A stretch of 64,000 nt of DNA from Pristiophorus japonicus. Its lineage: Eukaryota. Numbering within the stretch: position 1 is the first letter of the stretch; every line of letters begins with the position of its first letter. Location of the stretch: contig NC_092010.1 in assembly GCF_044704955.1 (NCBI RefSeq), positions 6,572,001 through 6,636,000 of the forward strand, read 5' to 3'. This document shows, one piece after another, positions 20,901-32,800 of the stretch. Below the pieces are notes generated by a model. It was not told where the DNA came from. It made no database searches and saw nothing but the letters and a program-made list of their open reading frames with translations. Both the position numbers and the translations under genes were made by a program.

Positions 20901-23900
20901 TGGGGGCAGAGCTGGGAGTAAGTCTGTGGGCGGAGCTGGGAGTAAGCCTGGGGGTAGAGCTGGTAGATGGGCTGGGGGCTCAGCTGGGAGAGGGGCTGGG
21001 GGCGGAGCTAGGAGTGAGCCTGGGGGTGGAGCTGGGAGAGGAACTTAGAGAGGAGTTGGGGGCGGAGCTGGGAGTGAGTCTGGGGGTGGAGCTGGGACAA
21101 GGGTTGGGGGCGGAGCTGGGAGTGAGCCTGGGGGCGGAGCTGGGTCTGAGTCGGAGGCCGGAGCTGGGAGTGGTGCTGGGGGCGGAGCTGGGAGTGAGCT
21201 AGGGGAGGAGCTGGGAGTGAGCCTGGGGGCGGAGCTGGGAGAAGGGATGGAGGCGGAGCTGGGAGTGAGCCTGGGGGCGGAGCTGGGAGTGAGCCTGGGG
21301 GCAGAGCTGGTAGATGGGCTGGGGGCTCAGCTGGGAGAGGGGCTTGGGGCGGAGCTAGGTGTGAGCCTGGGGGCGGAGCTGGGAGAGGGTTTGGGGCGAA
21401 TCTGGGAGTGAGCCTGGGGGTGGAGCTGGGAGTGAGCCTGGGGCTGGAGCTGGGAGAAGGGTTGGGGGCGGAGATGGGAGTGAGCCTGGGGGCGGAGCTG
21501 GGAGTGGGGCTGGGAGTGGGGCTGGGAGTGGAGCTGGTAGTGAGCCTGGGGCCGGAGCAGGGAGAGGGGCTGTGGGCTGAGCTGGAAGAGGGGCTGGGGC
21601 CGGAGATGGGAGTGGGGCTGGAGGCGGAGCTGCGAGAGGGGCTGGAGGCGGAGCTGCGAGAGGGGCTGCGGGCGGCGCTGGGAGTGAGCCTGGGGGCGGA
21701 GCTGGGAGTGAGCCTGGGGCAGAGCTGGGAGTGAGTCTGGGGGCGGAGCTGGGATTGAGCCTGGGGTCGGAGTTGGGAATGGGACTGGGGCGGGGCTGAG
21801 AGAGGGGCTGGGGACGGAGCTGGTAATGGGGCTGGCGGCGGAGCTGCGAGCGGGGTTGGGGGCGGAGCTGTGAGAGGATCTGGGTCGGGGCTGGGGGTGG
21901 AGCTGGGAGTGAGCGTGGGGGTGGAGCTGGTCGTGAGCCTGGGGGCGGAGCTGGGAGAGGGGCTGGGGACGGAGCTCTGAGTGTGGCTGTGGGCGGAGGT
22001 GGGAGAGGGGCTGGGGGCGGAGTTGGGAGAGGGTCTGCGGGCGGAGCTGGGAGAGGGTCTGCGGGTGGAGCTGGGAGTGAGCCTGGGGGTGGAGCTGGGA
22101 GATGGGTTGGGGGCGGAGCTGGGAGAGGGGCTGGGGACAGAGCTGGGAGTGGGGCTGGGGACAGAGCTGGGAGTGGGGCTGGAGGCGGAGCTGGGAGTGG
22201 GGTTCAGGGCGGAGCTAGGAGTGGGGCTTCGGGTGGAGCTGGGAGAGGGGCTGGAGGCGGGGAAGTGAGAGGGGCTGTGGGCGGAGCTGGGAGTCGGTCT
22301 GGGTCGGAGCTGGGAGTGAGCCTTGGGGCGAAGCTGGAATTGTGTCTGGGGGGGGCAGCTGTGAGAGTGGCTGGAGGCAGAGCTGGGAGTAAGCTAGGGG
22401 AGGAGCTGGGATTGAGCCTGGGGGCGGAGCTGGGAGAGGGGCTGGGGGCAGAGCTGGGAGTGAGCCTGGGGGCGGAGTTGGGAGTGAGCCTGGGGGCAGA
22501 GCTGGTAGATGGGCTGGGGGCGGAGCTGGGAGTGGGGTTGGGGGCGGAGCTGCGAGTGGGACTGGGGCCGGAGCTGGGAGAGGGGCTGGGGGTGGAGCTG
22601 CGAGTGGGGCTGAGGCCGGAGCTGGGAGAGGGGCTGGCGGCGGAGCTGGGAGTGAGCCTAGGGGCGGATCTGGGAGTGGGGCTGGGGGCGGAGCTGGGAC
22701 TGAGCCTGAGGCCGAAGCTGGGAGTGAGGCTGGGTGAGGAGCTGGGAGTTGGCCTGGGGGCGGAGGTGGGAGAGGGGCTGGGGGCGGAGCTGGGAGAGGG
22801 GTTGGGGGCGGAGCTGGGAGTATGGCTGGGGGCAGAGCTGGGAGAGGGGCTGGGGGCTCAGATGGGAGAGGGGCTGGTGGCGGAGCTGGGAGAGGGGCTG
22901 GTGGCGGAGCTGAGAGAGGGGCTGGTGGCGGAGCTGGGAGAGGGTCTGCGGGTGTAGCTGGGAGAGGGGCTGGTGGCGGAGCTGAGAGAGGGGCTAGTGG
23001 CGGAGCTGGGAGAGGGTCTGCGGGTGGAGCTGGGAGAGGGTCTGGTGGCGGAGCTGAGAGAGGGGCTGGTGGTGGAGCTGAGAAAGGGGCTGGTGGCGGA
23101 GCTGGGAGTGAGCCTTGGAGCGGAGCTGGGAGAGGGTCTGCGGGTGGTGCTGGGAGAGGGTCTGCGGGCAGAGCTGGGACTGAGCCTGAGGCCAGAGCTG
23201 GGAGTGGGGCTGGGAGTCAGCCTGGGGGCGGAGGTGGGAGAGGGGCTGGGCCGGAGCTGGGAGTGAGGCTGGGGGCGGAGCTGGGAGTGGGGCTGGGGGC
23301 GGAGCTGGAAATGCGCCTGGTGGCGGAGCTGGGAGTCTGCCGGGTTGGATCTGGGGCCGGAGCAGGGAGAGGGGCTGTGGGCTGAGCTGGAAGAGGGGCT
23401 GGGGCCGGAGATGGGAGTGGGGCTGGAGGCGGAGCTGCGAGAGGGGCTGGAGGCGGAGCTGCGAGAGGGGCTGCGGGCGGCGCTGGGAGTGAGCCTGGGG
23501 GCAGAGATGGGAGTGAGTCTGTGGGCGGAGCTGGGAGTAAGCCTGGGGGTAGAGCTGGTAGATGGGCTGGGGGCTCAGCTGGGAGAGGGGCTGGGGGCGG
23601 AGCTAGGAGTGAGCCTGGGGGTGGAGCTGGGAGAGGAACTTAGAGAGGAGTTGGGGGCGGAGCTGGGAGTGTGTCTGGGGGTGGAGCTGGGACAAGGGTT
23701 GGGGGCGGAGCTGGGAGTGAGCCTGGGGGCGGAGCTGGGTCTGAGTCGGAGGCCGGAGCTGGGAGTGGTGCTGGGGGCGGAGCTGGGAGTGAGCTAGGGG
23801 AGGAGCTGGGAGTGAGCCTGGGGGCGGAGCTGGGAGAAGGGATGGAGGCGGAGCTGGGAGTGAGCCTGGGGGCGGAGCTGGGAGTGAGCCTGGGGGCAGA

Positions 23901-24650
23901 GCTGGTAGATGGGCTGGGGGCTCAGCTGGGAGAGGGGCTTGGGGCGGAGCTAGGAGTGAGCCTGGGGGCGGAGCTGGGAGAGGGGCTGGAGGCGGAGCTG
24001 GGAGAGGGGCTGGGGGCGGAGCTGGGCGTAAGCCTGGGGTCAGAGCTAGGAGAGGGGTTGGGGGCAGAGCTTCGAGTGGGGCTGGGGCCGGAGCTGGGAG
24101 AGGGGCTGGGGGTGGAGCTGCGAGTGGGGCTGAGGCCGGAGCTAGGAGAGGGGCTGGCGGCGGAGCTGGGATTGGGGCTGGAGACGGAGCTGGGAGAAGG
24201 GTTGGGGGCGGAGCTCGAAGTGAGCCTTGGAGCGGAGCTGGGAGAGTGGTTGGGGGCGGAGATGGGAGTGAGCCTGGGGGCGGAGCTGGGAGTGGGGCTG
24301 GTGGCGGAGCTGGGAGAGGGGCTGTGGGCTGAGCTGGGAATGTGCCGGGGTGCAGAGCTGTGAGTGGGGCGGGTGCGGAGCTGGGAGATGGGCTGTGGGT
24401 GGAGCTGAGAGAGGGGCTGTGGGCGGAGCTGGGAGTGGGGCTGTGGGCGGAGCTGGGAGTGGGGCTGGTGGCGGGGAAGTGAGAAGGGCTGTGGGGCGAG
24501 CTGGGAGTGGGGCTGGGGGTGGAGCTGGGAGTGAGCCTTGGGGCGGAGCTGGGATTGTGTCTGGTGGGACAGCTGTGAGAGGGGCTTGGGACGGAGCTGG
24601 TAGTGGGGCTGGGTTGGAGCTGAGAGAGGGTTTGGGGCGAATCTGGGAGT
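14930..24650 (+). repeat. Three tandem ~3-3.6 kb higher-order blocks
   Basis: Near-identical ORF markers at 15389/18918/21981, 17113/20750/23345 and 18369/21408, with shared rare variants such as ctggaaatgcgcctg and gaggaacttagagagg. Confidence 0.85.
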
Positions 24651-27300
24651 GAGCCTGGGGGTGGAGCTGGGAGTGAGCGTGGGGGTGGAGTTGGGAGAGG
24701 GTCTGCGGGTGGAGCTGGGAGAGGGTCTGCGGGTGGAGCTGGGAGAGGGTCTGGTGGCGGAGCTGAGAGAGGGCCTGGTGGCGGAGCTGAGAGAGGGGCT
24801 GGTGGTGGAGCTGCGAGAGGGGCTGGTGGCGGAGCTGGGAGAGGGGCTGGTGGCGGAGCTGAGAGTGGTGCTGGTGGCGGAGCTGGGAGAGGGTCTGCGG
24901 GTGGCGCTGGGAGAGGGGCTGGTGGCGGAACTGAGAGTGGGGCTGGTGGTGGAGCTGAGAGAGGGGCTTGTGGCGGAGCTGAGTGAGGGGCTGGTGGCGG
25001 AGCTGAGAGAGGGGCTGGTGGCGGAGCTGAGAGAGGGGCTGGTGGCGGAGCTGAGCGAGGGGCTGGTGGCGGAGCTCGGAGAGGGTCTGGTGGCGGAGCT
25101 GGGAGAGGGTCTGCGGGCGGAGCTGGGAGGGGGTCTGCAGGCGGAGCTGGGAGGGGGACTGGTGGCGGAGCTGAGAGGGACTGGTGGCGGAGCTGAGAGA
25201 GGGGCTGGTGGCGGAGCTGGGAGAGGGTCTGCGGGTGGAGCTGGGAGAGGGACTGGTGGCGGAGCTGAGAGAGGGGCTGGTGGCGGAGCTGGGAGAGGGT
25301 CTGCGGGTGGAGCTGGGAGAGGGTCTGCGGGTGGAGCTGGGAGAGGGGCTTGTGGCGGAGCTGAGAGAGGGGCTGTTGGCGGAGCTGAGAAAGGGGCTGG
25401 TGGCGGAACTGAGAGAGGGGCTGGTGGAGGAGCTGGGAGAGGGTCTGCGGGTGGAGCTGGGAGAGGGTCTGCGGGTGGAGCTGGGAGAGGGACTTGTGGC
25501 GGAGCTGAGAGAGGGGCTGGTGGCGGAGCTGAGAAAGGGGCTCGTGGCGGAACTGAGAGAGGGGCTGGTGGCGGAACTGAGAGAGGGGCTGGTGGCGGAG
25601 CTGGGAGTGGGGCTGGTGGCGGAGATGGGAGAGGGGCTGTGGGCTGAGCTGGGAGTGTGCCTGGGTGCGGAGCTGTGAGTGGGGCGGGTGCGGAGCTTGT
25701 CGTGGGGCTCTGGGCGGAGCTGGGAGATGGGCTGGGGGTGGAGTTGTGCGAGAGGCTGTGGGCGGAGCTGGGAGTGGGGCTGGTGGCGGAGCTGGAAGTG
25801 GGGCGCAGGGCGGAGCTGGGAGATGGGCTGGGGGTGGAGTTGTGCGAGGGGCTGTGGGCGGAGCTGGGAGTGGGGCTGGTGGCGGGGAAGTGAGAAGGGC
25901 TGTGGGGCGAGCTGGGAGTGGGGCTGGGGGTGGAGCTGGGAGTGAGCCTTGGGGCGGAGCTGGGATTGTGTCTGGTGGGACAGCTGTGAGAGGGGCTTGG
26001 GACGGAGCTGGTAGTGGGGCTGGGTTGGAGCTGAGAGAGGGTTTGGGGCGAATCTGGGAGTGAGCCTGGGGGTGGAGCTGGGAGTGAGCGTGGGGGTGGA
26101 GTTGGGAGAGGGTCTGCGGGTGGAGCTGGGAGAGGGTCTGCGGGTGGAGCTGGGAGAGGGTCTGGTGGCGGAGCTGAGAGAGGGCCTGGTGGCGGAGCTG
26201 AGAGAGGGGCTGGTGGTGGAGCTGCGAGAGGGGCTGGTGGCGGAGCTGGGAGAGGGGCTGGTGGCGGAGCTGAGAGTGGTGCTGGTGGCGGAGCTGGGAG
26301 AGGGTCTGCGGGTGGTGCTGGGAGAGGGGCTGGTGGCGGAACTGAGAGTGGGGCTGGTGGTGGAGCTGAGAGAGGGGCTTGTGGCGGAGCTGAGTGAGGG
26401 GCTGGTGGCGGAGCTGAGAGAGGGGCTGGTGGCGGAGCTGAGAGAGGGGCTGGTGGCGGAGCTGAGAGAGGGGCTGGTGGCGGAGCTCGGAGAGGGTCTG
26501 GTGGCGGAGCTGGGAGAGGGTCTGCGGGCGGAGCTGGGAGGGGGTCTGCAGGCGGAGCTGGGAGGGGGACTGGTGGCGGAGCTGAGAGGGACTGGTGGCG
26601 GAGCTGAGAGAGGGGCTGGTGGCGGAGCTGGGAGAGGGTCTGCGGGTGGAGCTGGGAGAGGGACTGGTGGCGGAGCTGAGAGAGGGGCTGGTGGCGGAGC
26701 TGGGAGAGGGTCTGCGGGTGGAGCTGGGAGAGGGTCTGCGGGTGGAGCTGGGAGAGGGGCTTGTGGCGGAGCTGAGAGAGGGGCTGTTGGCGGAGCTGAG
26801 AAAGGGGCTGGTGGCGGAACTGAGAGAGGGGCTGGTGGAGGAGCTGGGAGAGGGTCTGCGGGTGGAGCTGGGAGAGGGTCTGCGGGTGGAGCTGGGAGAG
26901 GGACTTGTGGCGGAGCTGAGAGAGGGGCTGGTGGCGGAGCTGAGAAAGGGGCTCGTGGCGGAACTGAGAGAGGGGCTGGTGGCGGAACTGAGAGAGGGGC
27001 TGGTGGCGGAGCTGGGAGTGGGGCTGGTGGCGGAGATGGGAGAGGGGCTGTGGGCTGAGCTGGGAGTGTGCCTGGGTGCGGAGCTGTGAGTGGGGCGGGT
27101 GCGGAGCTTGTCGTGGGGCTCTGGGCGGAGCTGGGAGATGGGCTGGGGGTGGAGTTGTGCGAGAGGCTGTGGGCGGAGCTGGGAGTGGGGCTGGTGGCGG
27201 AGCTGGAAGTGGGGCGCAGGGCGGAGCTGGGAGATGGGCTGGGGGTGGAGTTGTGCGAGGGGCTGTGGGCGGAGCTGGGAGTGGGGCTGGTGGCGGAGCT
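24480..27300 (+). repeat. 1411-bp tandem duplication (also at ~34870-37700; single copy at ~44320-45730)
   Basis: ORF pairs 24649/26060, 25184/26595 and 35046/36457 are all offset by 1411. Confidence 0.9.
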
Positions 27301-29688
27301 GGAAGTGGGGCGCAGGGCGGAGCTGGGAGAGGGGCTGGGGACGGGGAAGTGAGAAGGGCTGTGGGGGGAGCTGGGAGTGGGGCTGGGGGCGGAGCTGGGA
27401 GTGGGGCTGGAGGTGGAGCTGGGAGTGGGGCTGGAGGCGGAGCTTGGAGTGAGCTAGCGGAGGAGCTGGGAGTGAGCCTGAGGGCGGAGCTGGGACTGAG
27501 CCTGAGGCCGGAGCTGGTCGTGAGGCTGGGTGAGGAGCTGGGCGTGAGCCTGGGGTCAGAGCTGGGAGAGGGGTTGGGGGCAGAGCTGCGAGTGGGGCTG
27601 GGGCCGGAGCTGGGAGTGGGGCTGGGGCCGGAGCTGGGAGAGGGGCTGAGGGCGGAGCTGCGAGTGGGGCTGGGAGCGGAGCTGGGCGAGAGGTTGGGGG
27701 CGGAGCTGGGAGTGAGCCAAGGGGCGGATCTGGGAGTGGGGCTGGGGGCGGAGCTGGGACTGAGCCTGAGGCCGGAGCTGGTAGTGAGGCTGGGTGAGGA
27801 GCTGGGAGTTGGCCTGGTGGCGGAGGTGGGAGAGGGGCTGGGGGCGGAGCTGGGCGTGAGCCTAGGCGCGGAGCTGGGAGTATGGCTGGGGGCAGAGCTG
27901 GGAGAGGGGCTGGGGGCTCAGCTGGGAGTGGGGCTGCAGGCGGAGCTGGTAGTGGGGCTGTGGGCTGAGCTGGGAGCGTGCCTGGGTGCGGAGCTGTGAG
28001 TGGGGCGGGTGCGGAGATCGTAGTGGGGCTCTGGGCGGAGCTGGGAGAGGGGTTGGGGGTGGAGCTGTGAGAGGGGCTGGGGGTGGAGCTGTGAGAGGGG
28101 CTGTGGGCGGAGCTGGGAGTGGGGCTGGTGGCGGAGCTGCGAGGGGGGCGCAGGGCGGAGCTGGGAGAGGGGCTGAGGGCGCGGAAGTGAGAAGGGCTGT
28201 GGGGGGAGCTGGGTGTGGGGCTGGGGGCGGAGCTGGGATTGTGTCTGGTGGGGCAGCTGTGAGAGGGGCTGGGGACGGAGCTGGAAGTGGGGCTGGGGGC
28301 GGAGCTGGGAGTGGGGCTGGGGGTGGAGCTGAGAAAGGGTTTGGGCTGGAGCTTGGAGTGAGCCTGGGGGTGGAGCTGGGAGATGGGTTGGGGGCGGAGC
28401 TGGGAGAGGGGCTGTGGGTGGAGCTGGGAGTGAGCCTTGGGGCGAAGCTGGAATTATGTCTGGGGGGGCAGCTGTGAGAGGGGCTGGGGGCGGAGCTGGT
28501 CATGGGGCTGGGGGCGGAGCTGGGAGTGAGCCTGGGGTGGAGCTGGGAGATGGGTTGGGGGCGGAGCTGGGAGAGGGGTTGGGGGCGGAGCTGGGAGTGA
28601 GCCTGGGAGCGGAGCTGGGTCTGAGCCTGAGGCCGGAGCTGGGACTGGGCCTGGGGACGGAGCTGGGAGTGGGCTGGGGGTGGAGCTGGGAGTGAGCTAG
28701 GGGAGGAGCTGGGAGCGAGCCTGGGGGCGGAGCTGGAAGAAGGGCTGGGGGCGGAGCTGGGAGTGAGCCTGGGTGCGGAGCTGTGAGTGGGGCGGGTGCG
28801 GAGCTTGTCGTGGGGCTCTGGGCGGAGCTGGGAGATGGGCTGGGGGTGGAGTTGTGCGAGAGGCTGTGGGCGGAGCTGGGAGTGGGGCTGGTGGCGGAGC
28901 TGGAAGTGGGGCGCAGGGCGGAGCTGGGAGATGGGCTGGGGGTGGAGTTGTGCGAGGGGCTGTGGGCGGAGCTGGGAGTGGGGCTGGTGGCGGAGCTGGA
29001 AGTGGGGCGCAGGGCGGAGCTGGGAGAGGGGCTGGGGACGGGGAAGTGAGAAGGGCTGTGGGGGGAGCTGGGAGTGGGGCTGGGGGCGGAGCTGGGAGTG
29101 GGGCTGGAGGTGGAGCTGGGAGTGGGGCTGGAGGCGGAGCTTGGAGTGAGCTAGCGGAGGAGCTGGGAGTGAGCCTGAGGGCGGAGCTGGGACTGAGCCT
29201 GAGGCCGGAGCTGGTCGTGAGGCTGGGTGAGGAGCTGGGCGTGAGCCTGGGGTCAGAGCTGGGAGAGGGGTTGGGGGCAGAGCTGCGAGTGGGGCTGGGG
29301 CCGGAGCTGGGAGTGGGGCTGGGGCCGGAGCTGGGAGAGGGGCTGAGGGCGGAGCTGCGAGTGGGGCTGGGAGCGGAGCTGGGCGAGAGGTTGGGGGCGG
29401 AGCTGGGAGTGAGCCAAGGGGCGGATCTGGGAGTGGGGCTGGGGGCGGAGCTGGGACTGAGCCTGAGGCCGGAGCTGGTAGTGAGGCTGGGTGAGGAGCT
29501 GGGAGTTGGCCTGGTGGCGGAGGTGGGAGAGGGGCTGGGGGCGGAGCTGGGCGTGAGCCTAGGCGCGGAGCTGGGAGTATGGCTGGGGGCAGAGCTGGGA
29601 GAGGGGCTGGGGGCTCAGCTGGGAGTGGGGCTGCAGGCGGAGCTGGTAGTGGGGCTGTGGGCTGAGCTGGGAGCGTGCCTGGGTGCGG

Positions 29689-29888
29689 NNNNNNNNNNNN
29701 NNNNNNNNNNNNNNNNNNNNNNNNNNNNNNNNNNNNNNNNNNNNNNNNNNNNNNNNNNNNNNNNNNNNNNNNNNNNNNNNNNNNNNNNNNNNNNNNNNNN
29801 NNNNNNNNNNNNNNNNNNNNNNNNNNNNNNNNNNNNNNNNNNNNNNNNNNNNNNNNNNNNNNNNNNNNNNNNNNNNNNNNNNNNNNNN
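29689..29888. other. Assembly gap (exactly 200 N, placeholder size)
   Basis: Run of 200 N. Confidence 0.98.
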
Positions 29889-32800
29889 TGGGGGTGGAGT
29901 TGTGCGAGGGGCTGTGGGCGGAGCTGGGAGTGGGGCTGGTGGCGGAGCTGGAAGTGGGGCGCAGGGCGGAGCTAGCTGGGAGAGGGGCTGGGGACGGGGA
30001 AGTGAGAAGGGCTGTGGGGGGAGCTGGGAGTGGGGCTGGGGGCGGAGCTGGGAGTGGGGCTGGAGGTGGAGCTGGGAGTGGGGCTGGAGGCGGAGCTTGG
30101 AGTGAGCTAGCGGAGGAGCTGGGAGTGAGCCTGAGGGCGGAGCTGGGACTGAGCCTGAGGCCGGAGCTGGTCGTGAGGCTGGGTGAGGAGCTGGGCGTGA
30201 GCCTGGGGTCAGAGCTGGGAGAGGGTTGGGGGCAGAGCTGCGAGTGGGGCTGGGGCCGGAGCTGGGAGTGGGGCTGGGGCCGGAGCTGGGAGAGGGGCTG
30301 AGGGCGGAGCTGCGAGTGGGGCTGGGAGCGGAGCTGGGCGAGAGGTTGGGGGCGGAGCTGGGAGTGAGCCAAGGGGCGGATCTGGGAGTGGGGCTGGGGG
30401 CGGAGCTGGGACTGAGCCTGAGGCCGGAGCTGGTAGTGAGGCTGGGTGAGGAGCTGGGAGTTGGCCTGGTGGCGGAGGTGGGAGAGGGGCTGGGGGCGGA
30501 GCTGGGCGTGAGCCTAGGCGCGGAGCTGGGAGTATGGCTGGGGGCAGAGCTGGGAGAGGGGCTGGGGGCTCAGCTGGGAGTGGGGCTGCAGGCGGAGCTG
30601 GTAGTGGGGCTGTGGGCTGAGCTGGGAGCGTGCCTGGGTGCGGAGCTGTGAGTGGGGCGGGTGCGGAGATCGTAGTGGGGCTCTGGGCGGAGCTGGGAGA
30701 GGGTTGGGGGTGGAGCTGTGAGAGGGGCTGGGGGTGGAGCTGTGAGAGGGGCTGTGGGCGGAGCTGGGAGTGGGGCTGGTGGCGGAGCTGCGAGGGGGGC
30801 GCAGGCGGAGCTGGGAGAGGGGCTGAGGGCGCGGAAGTGAGAAGGGCTGTGGGGGAGCTGGGTGTGGGGCTGGGGGCGGAGCTGGGATTGTGTCTGGTGG
30901 GGCAGCTGTGAGAGGGGCTGGGGACGGAGCTGGAAGTGGGGCTGGGGGCGGAGCTGGGAGTGGGGCTGGGGGTGGAGCTGAGAAAGGGTTTGGGCTGGAG
31001 CTTGGAGTGAGCCTGGGGGTGGAGCTGGGAGATGGGTTGGGGGCGGAGCTGGGAGAGGGGCTGTGGGTGGAGCTGGGAGTGAGCCTTGGGGCGAAGCTGG
31101 AATTATGTCTGGGGGGGCAGCTGTGAGAGGGGCTGGGGGCGGAGCTGGTCATGGGGCTGGGGGCGGAGCTGGGAGTGAGCCTGGGGTGGAGCTGGGAGAT
31201 GGGTTGGGGGCGGAGCTGGGAGAGGGGTTGGGGGCGGAGCTGGGAGTGAGCCTGGGAGCGGAGCTGGGTCTGAGCCTGAGGCCGGAGCTGGGACTGGGCC
31301 TGGGGACGGAGCTGGGAGTGGGCTGGGGGTGGAGCTGGGAGTGAGCTAGGGGAGGAGCTGGGAGCGAGCCTGGGGGCGGAGCTGGAAGAAGGGCTGGGGG
31401 CGGAGCTGGGAGTGAGCCTGGGAGCGGAGCTGGGAGTGAGCCTGGGGGCGGAGCTGGGAGAGGGGCTGGGGGCGTAGCTGGCAGTGGGGCTGGGGGCGGA
31501 GCTGGTAGATGGGCTGGGGGCTCAGCTGGGAGAGGGGCTGGGGGCTCAGCTGGGAGAGGGACTGGGGGCGGAGCTGGGAGTGGGGCTGCAGGCGGAGCTG
31601 GGAGTGAGCTAGGGGAGGAGCTGGGAGTGAGCCTGGGCGGAGCTGGGAGTGAGCCTGGGGGCGGAGCTGGGAGAGGGGCTGGAGGCGGAGCTGGGAGTGA
31701 GCTAAGGGAGGAGCTGGGAGTGGGGCTGCAGGCGGAGCTGGGAGTGAGCTAGGGGAGGAGCTGGGAGAGGGGCTGGAGGTGGAGCTGCGAGTGGGGGCTG
31801 AGGCCGGAGGTGGGAGAGGGGTTGGCGGCGGAGCTGGGATTGGGCCTGGAGGTGCAGCTGGAAGAGCGGTTGGTGGCGGAGCTGCGAGTGAGCCTGGCGG
31901 CGGAGCTGGGAGAGGGGTTGGGGTCGGAGATGGGAGTGAGCCTGGGGGCAGAGCTGGGAGTGGGGCTGGGGGTGGAGCTGGTAGTGGGTCTGGTGGCGGA
32001 GCTGGGAGAGGGGCTGTGGGCTGAGCTGGGAGTGTGCCTGGGTGCGGAGCTGTGAGTGGGGCGGGTGCGGAGCTCGTAGTGGGGCTCTGGGCGGAGCTGG
32101 GAGATGGGCTGGGGGTGGAGCTGCGAGCGGGGTTGGGGGCGGAGCTGTGAGAGGATCTGGGTCGGGGCTGGGGGTGGAGCTGGGAGTGAGCGTGGGGGTG
32201 GAGCTGGTCGTGAGCCTGGGGGCGGAGCTGGGAGAGGGGCTGGGGACGGAGCTCTGAGTGTGGCTGTGGGCGGAGGTGGGAGAGGGGCTGGGGGCGGAGT
32301 TGGGAGAGGGTCTGCGGGCGGAGCTGGGAGAGGGTCTGCGGGTGGAGCTGGGAGTGAGCCTGGGGGTGGAGCTGGGAGATGGGTTGGGGGCGGAGCTGGG
32401 AGAGGGGCTGGGGACAGAGCTGGGAGTGGGGCTGGGGACAGAGCTGGGAGTGGGGCTGGAGGCGGAGCTGGGAGTGGGGTTCAGGGCGGAGCTAGGAGTG
32501 GGGCTTCGGGTGGAGCTGGGAGAGGGGCTGGAGGCGGGGAAGTGAGAGGGGCTGTGGGCGGAGCTGGGAGTCGGTCTGGGTCGGAGCTGGGAGTGAGCCT
32601 TGGGGCGAAGCTGGAATTGTGTCTGGGGGGGGCAGCTGTGAGAGTGGCTGGAGGCAGAGCTGGGAGTAAGCTAGGGGAGGAGCTGGGATTGAGCCTGGGG
32701 GCGGAGCTGGGAGAGGGGCTGGGGGCAGAGCTGGGAGTGAGCCTGGGGGCGGAGTTGGGAGTGAGCCTGGGGGCAGAGCTGGTAGATGGGCTGGGGGCGG

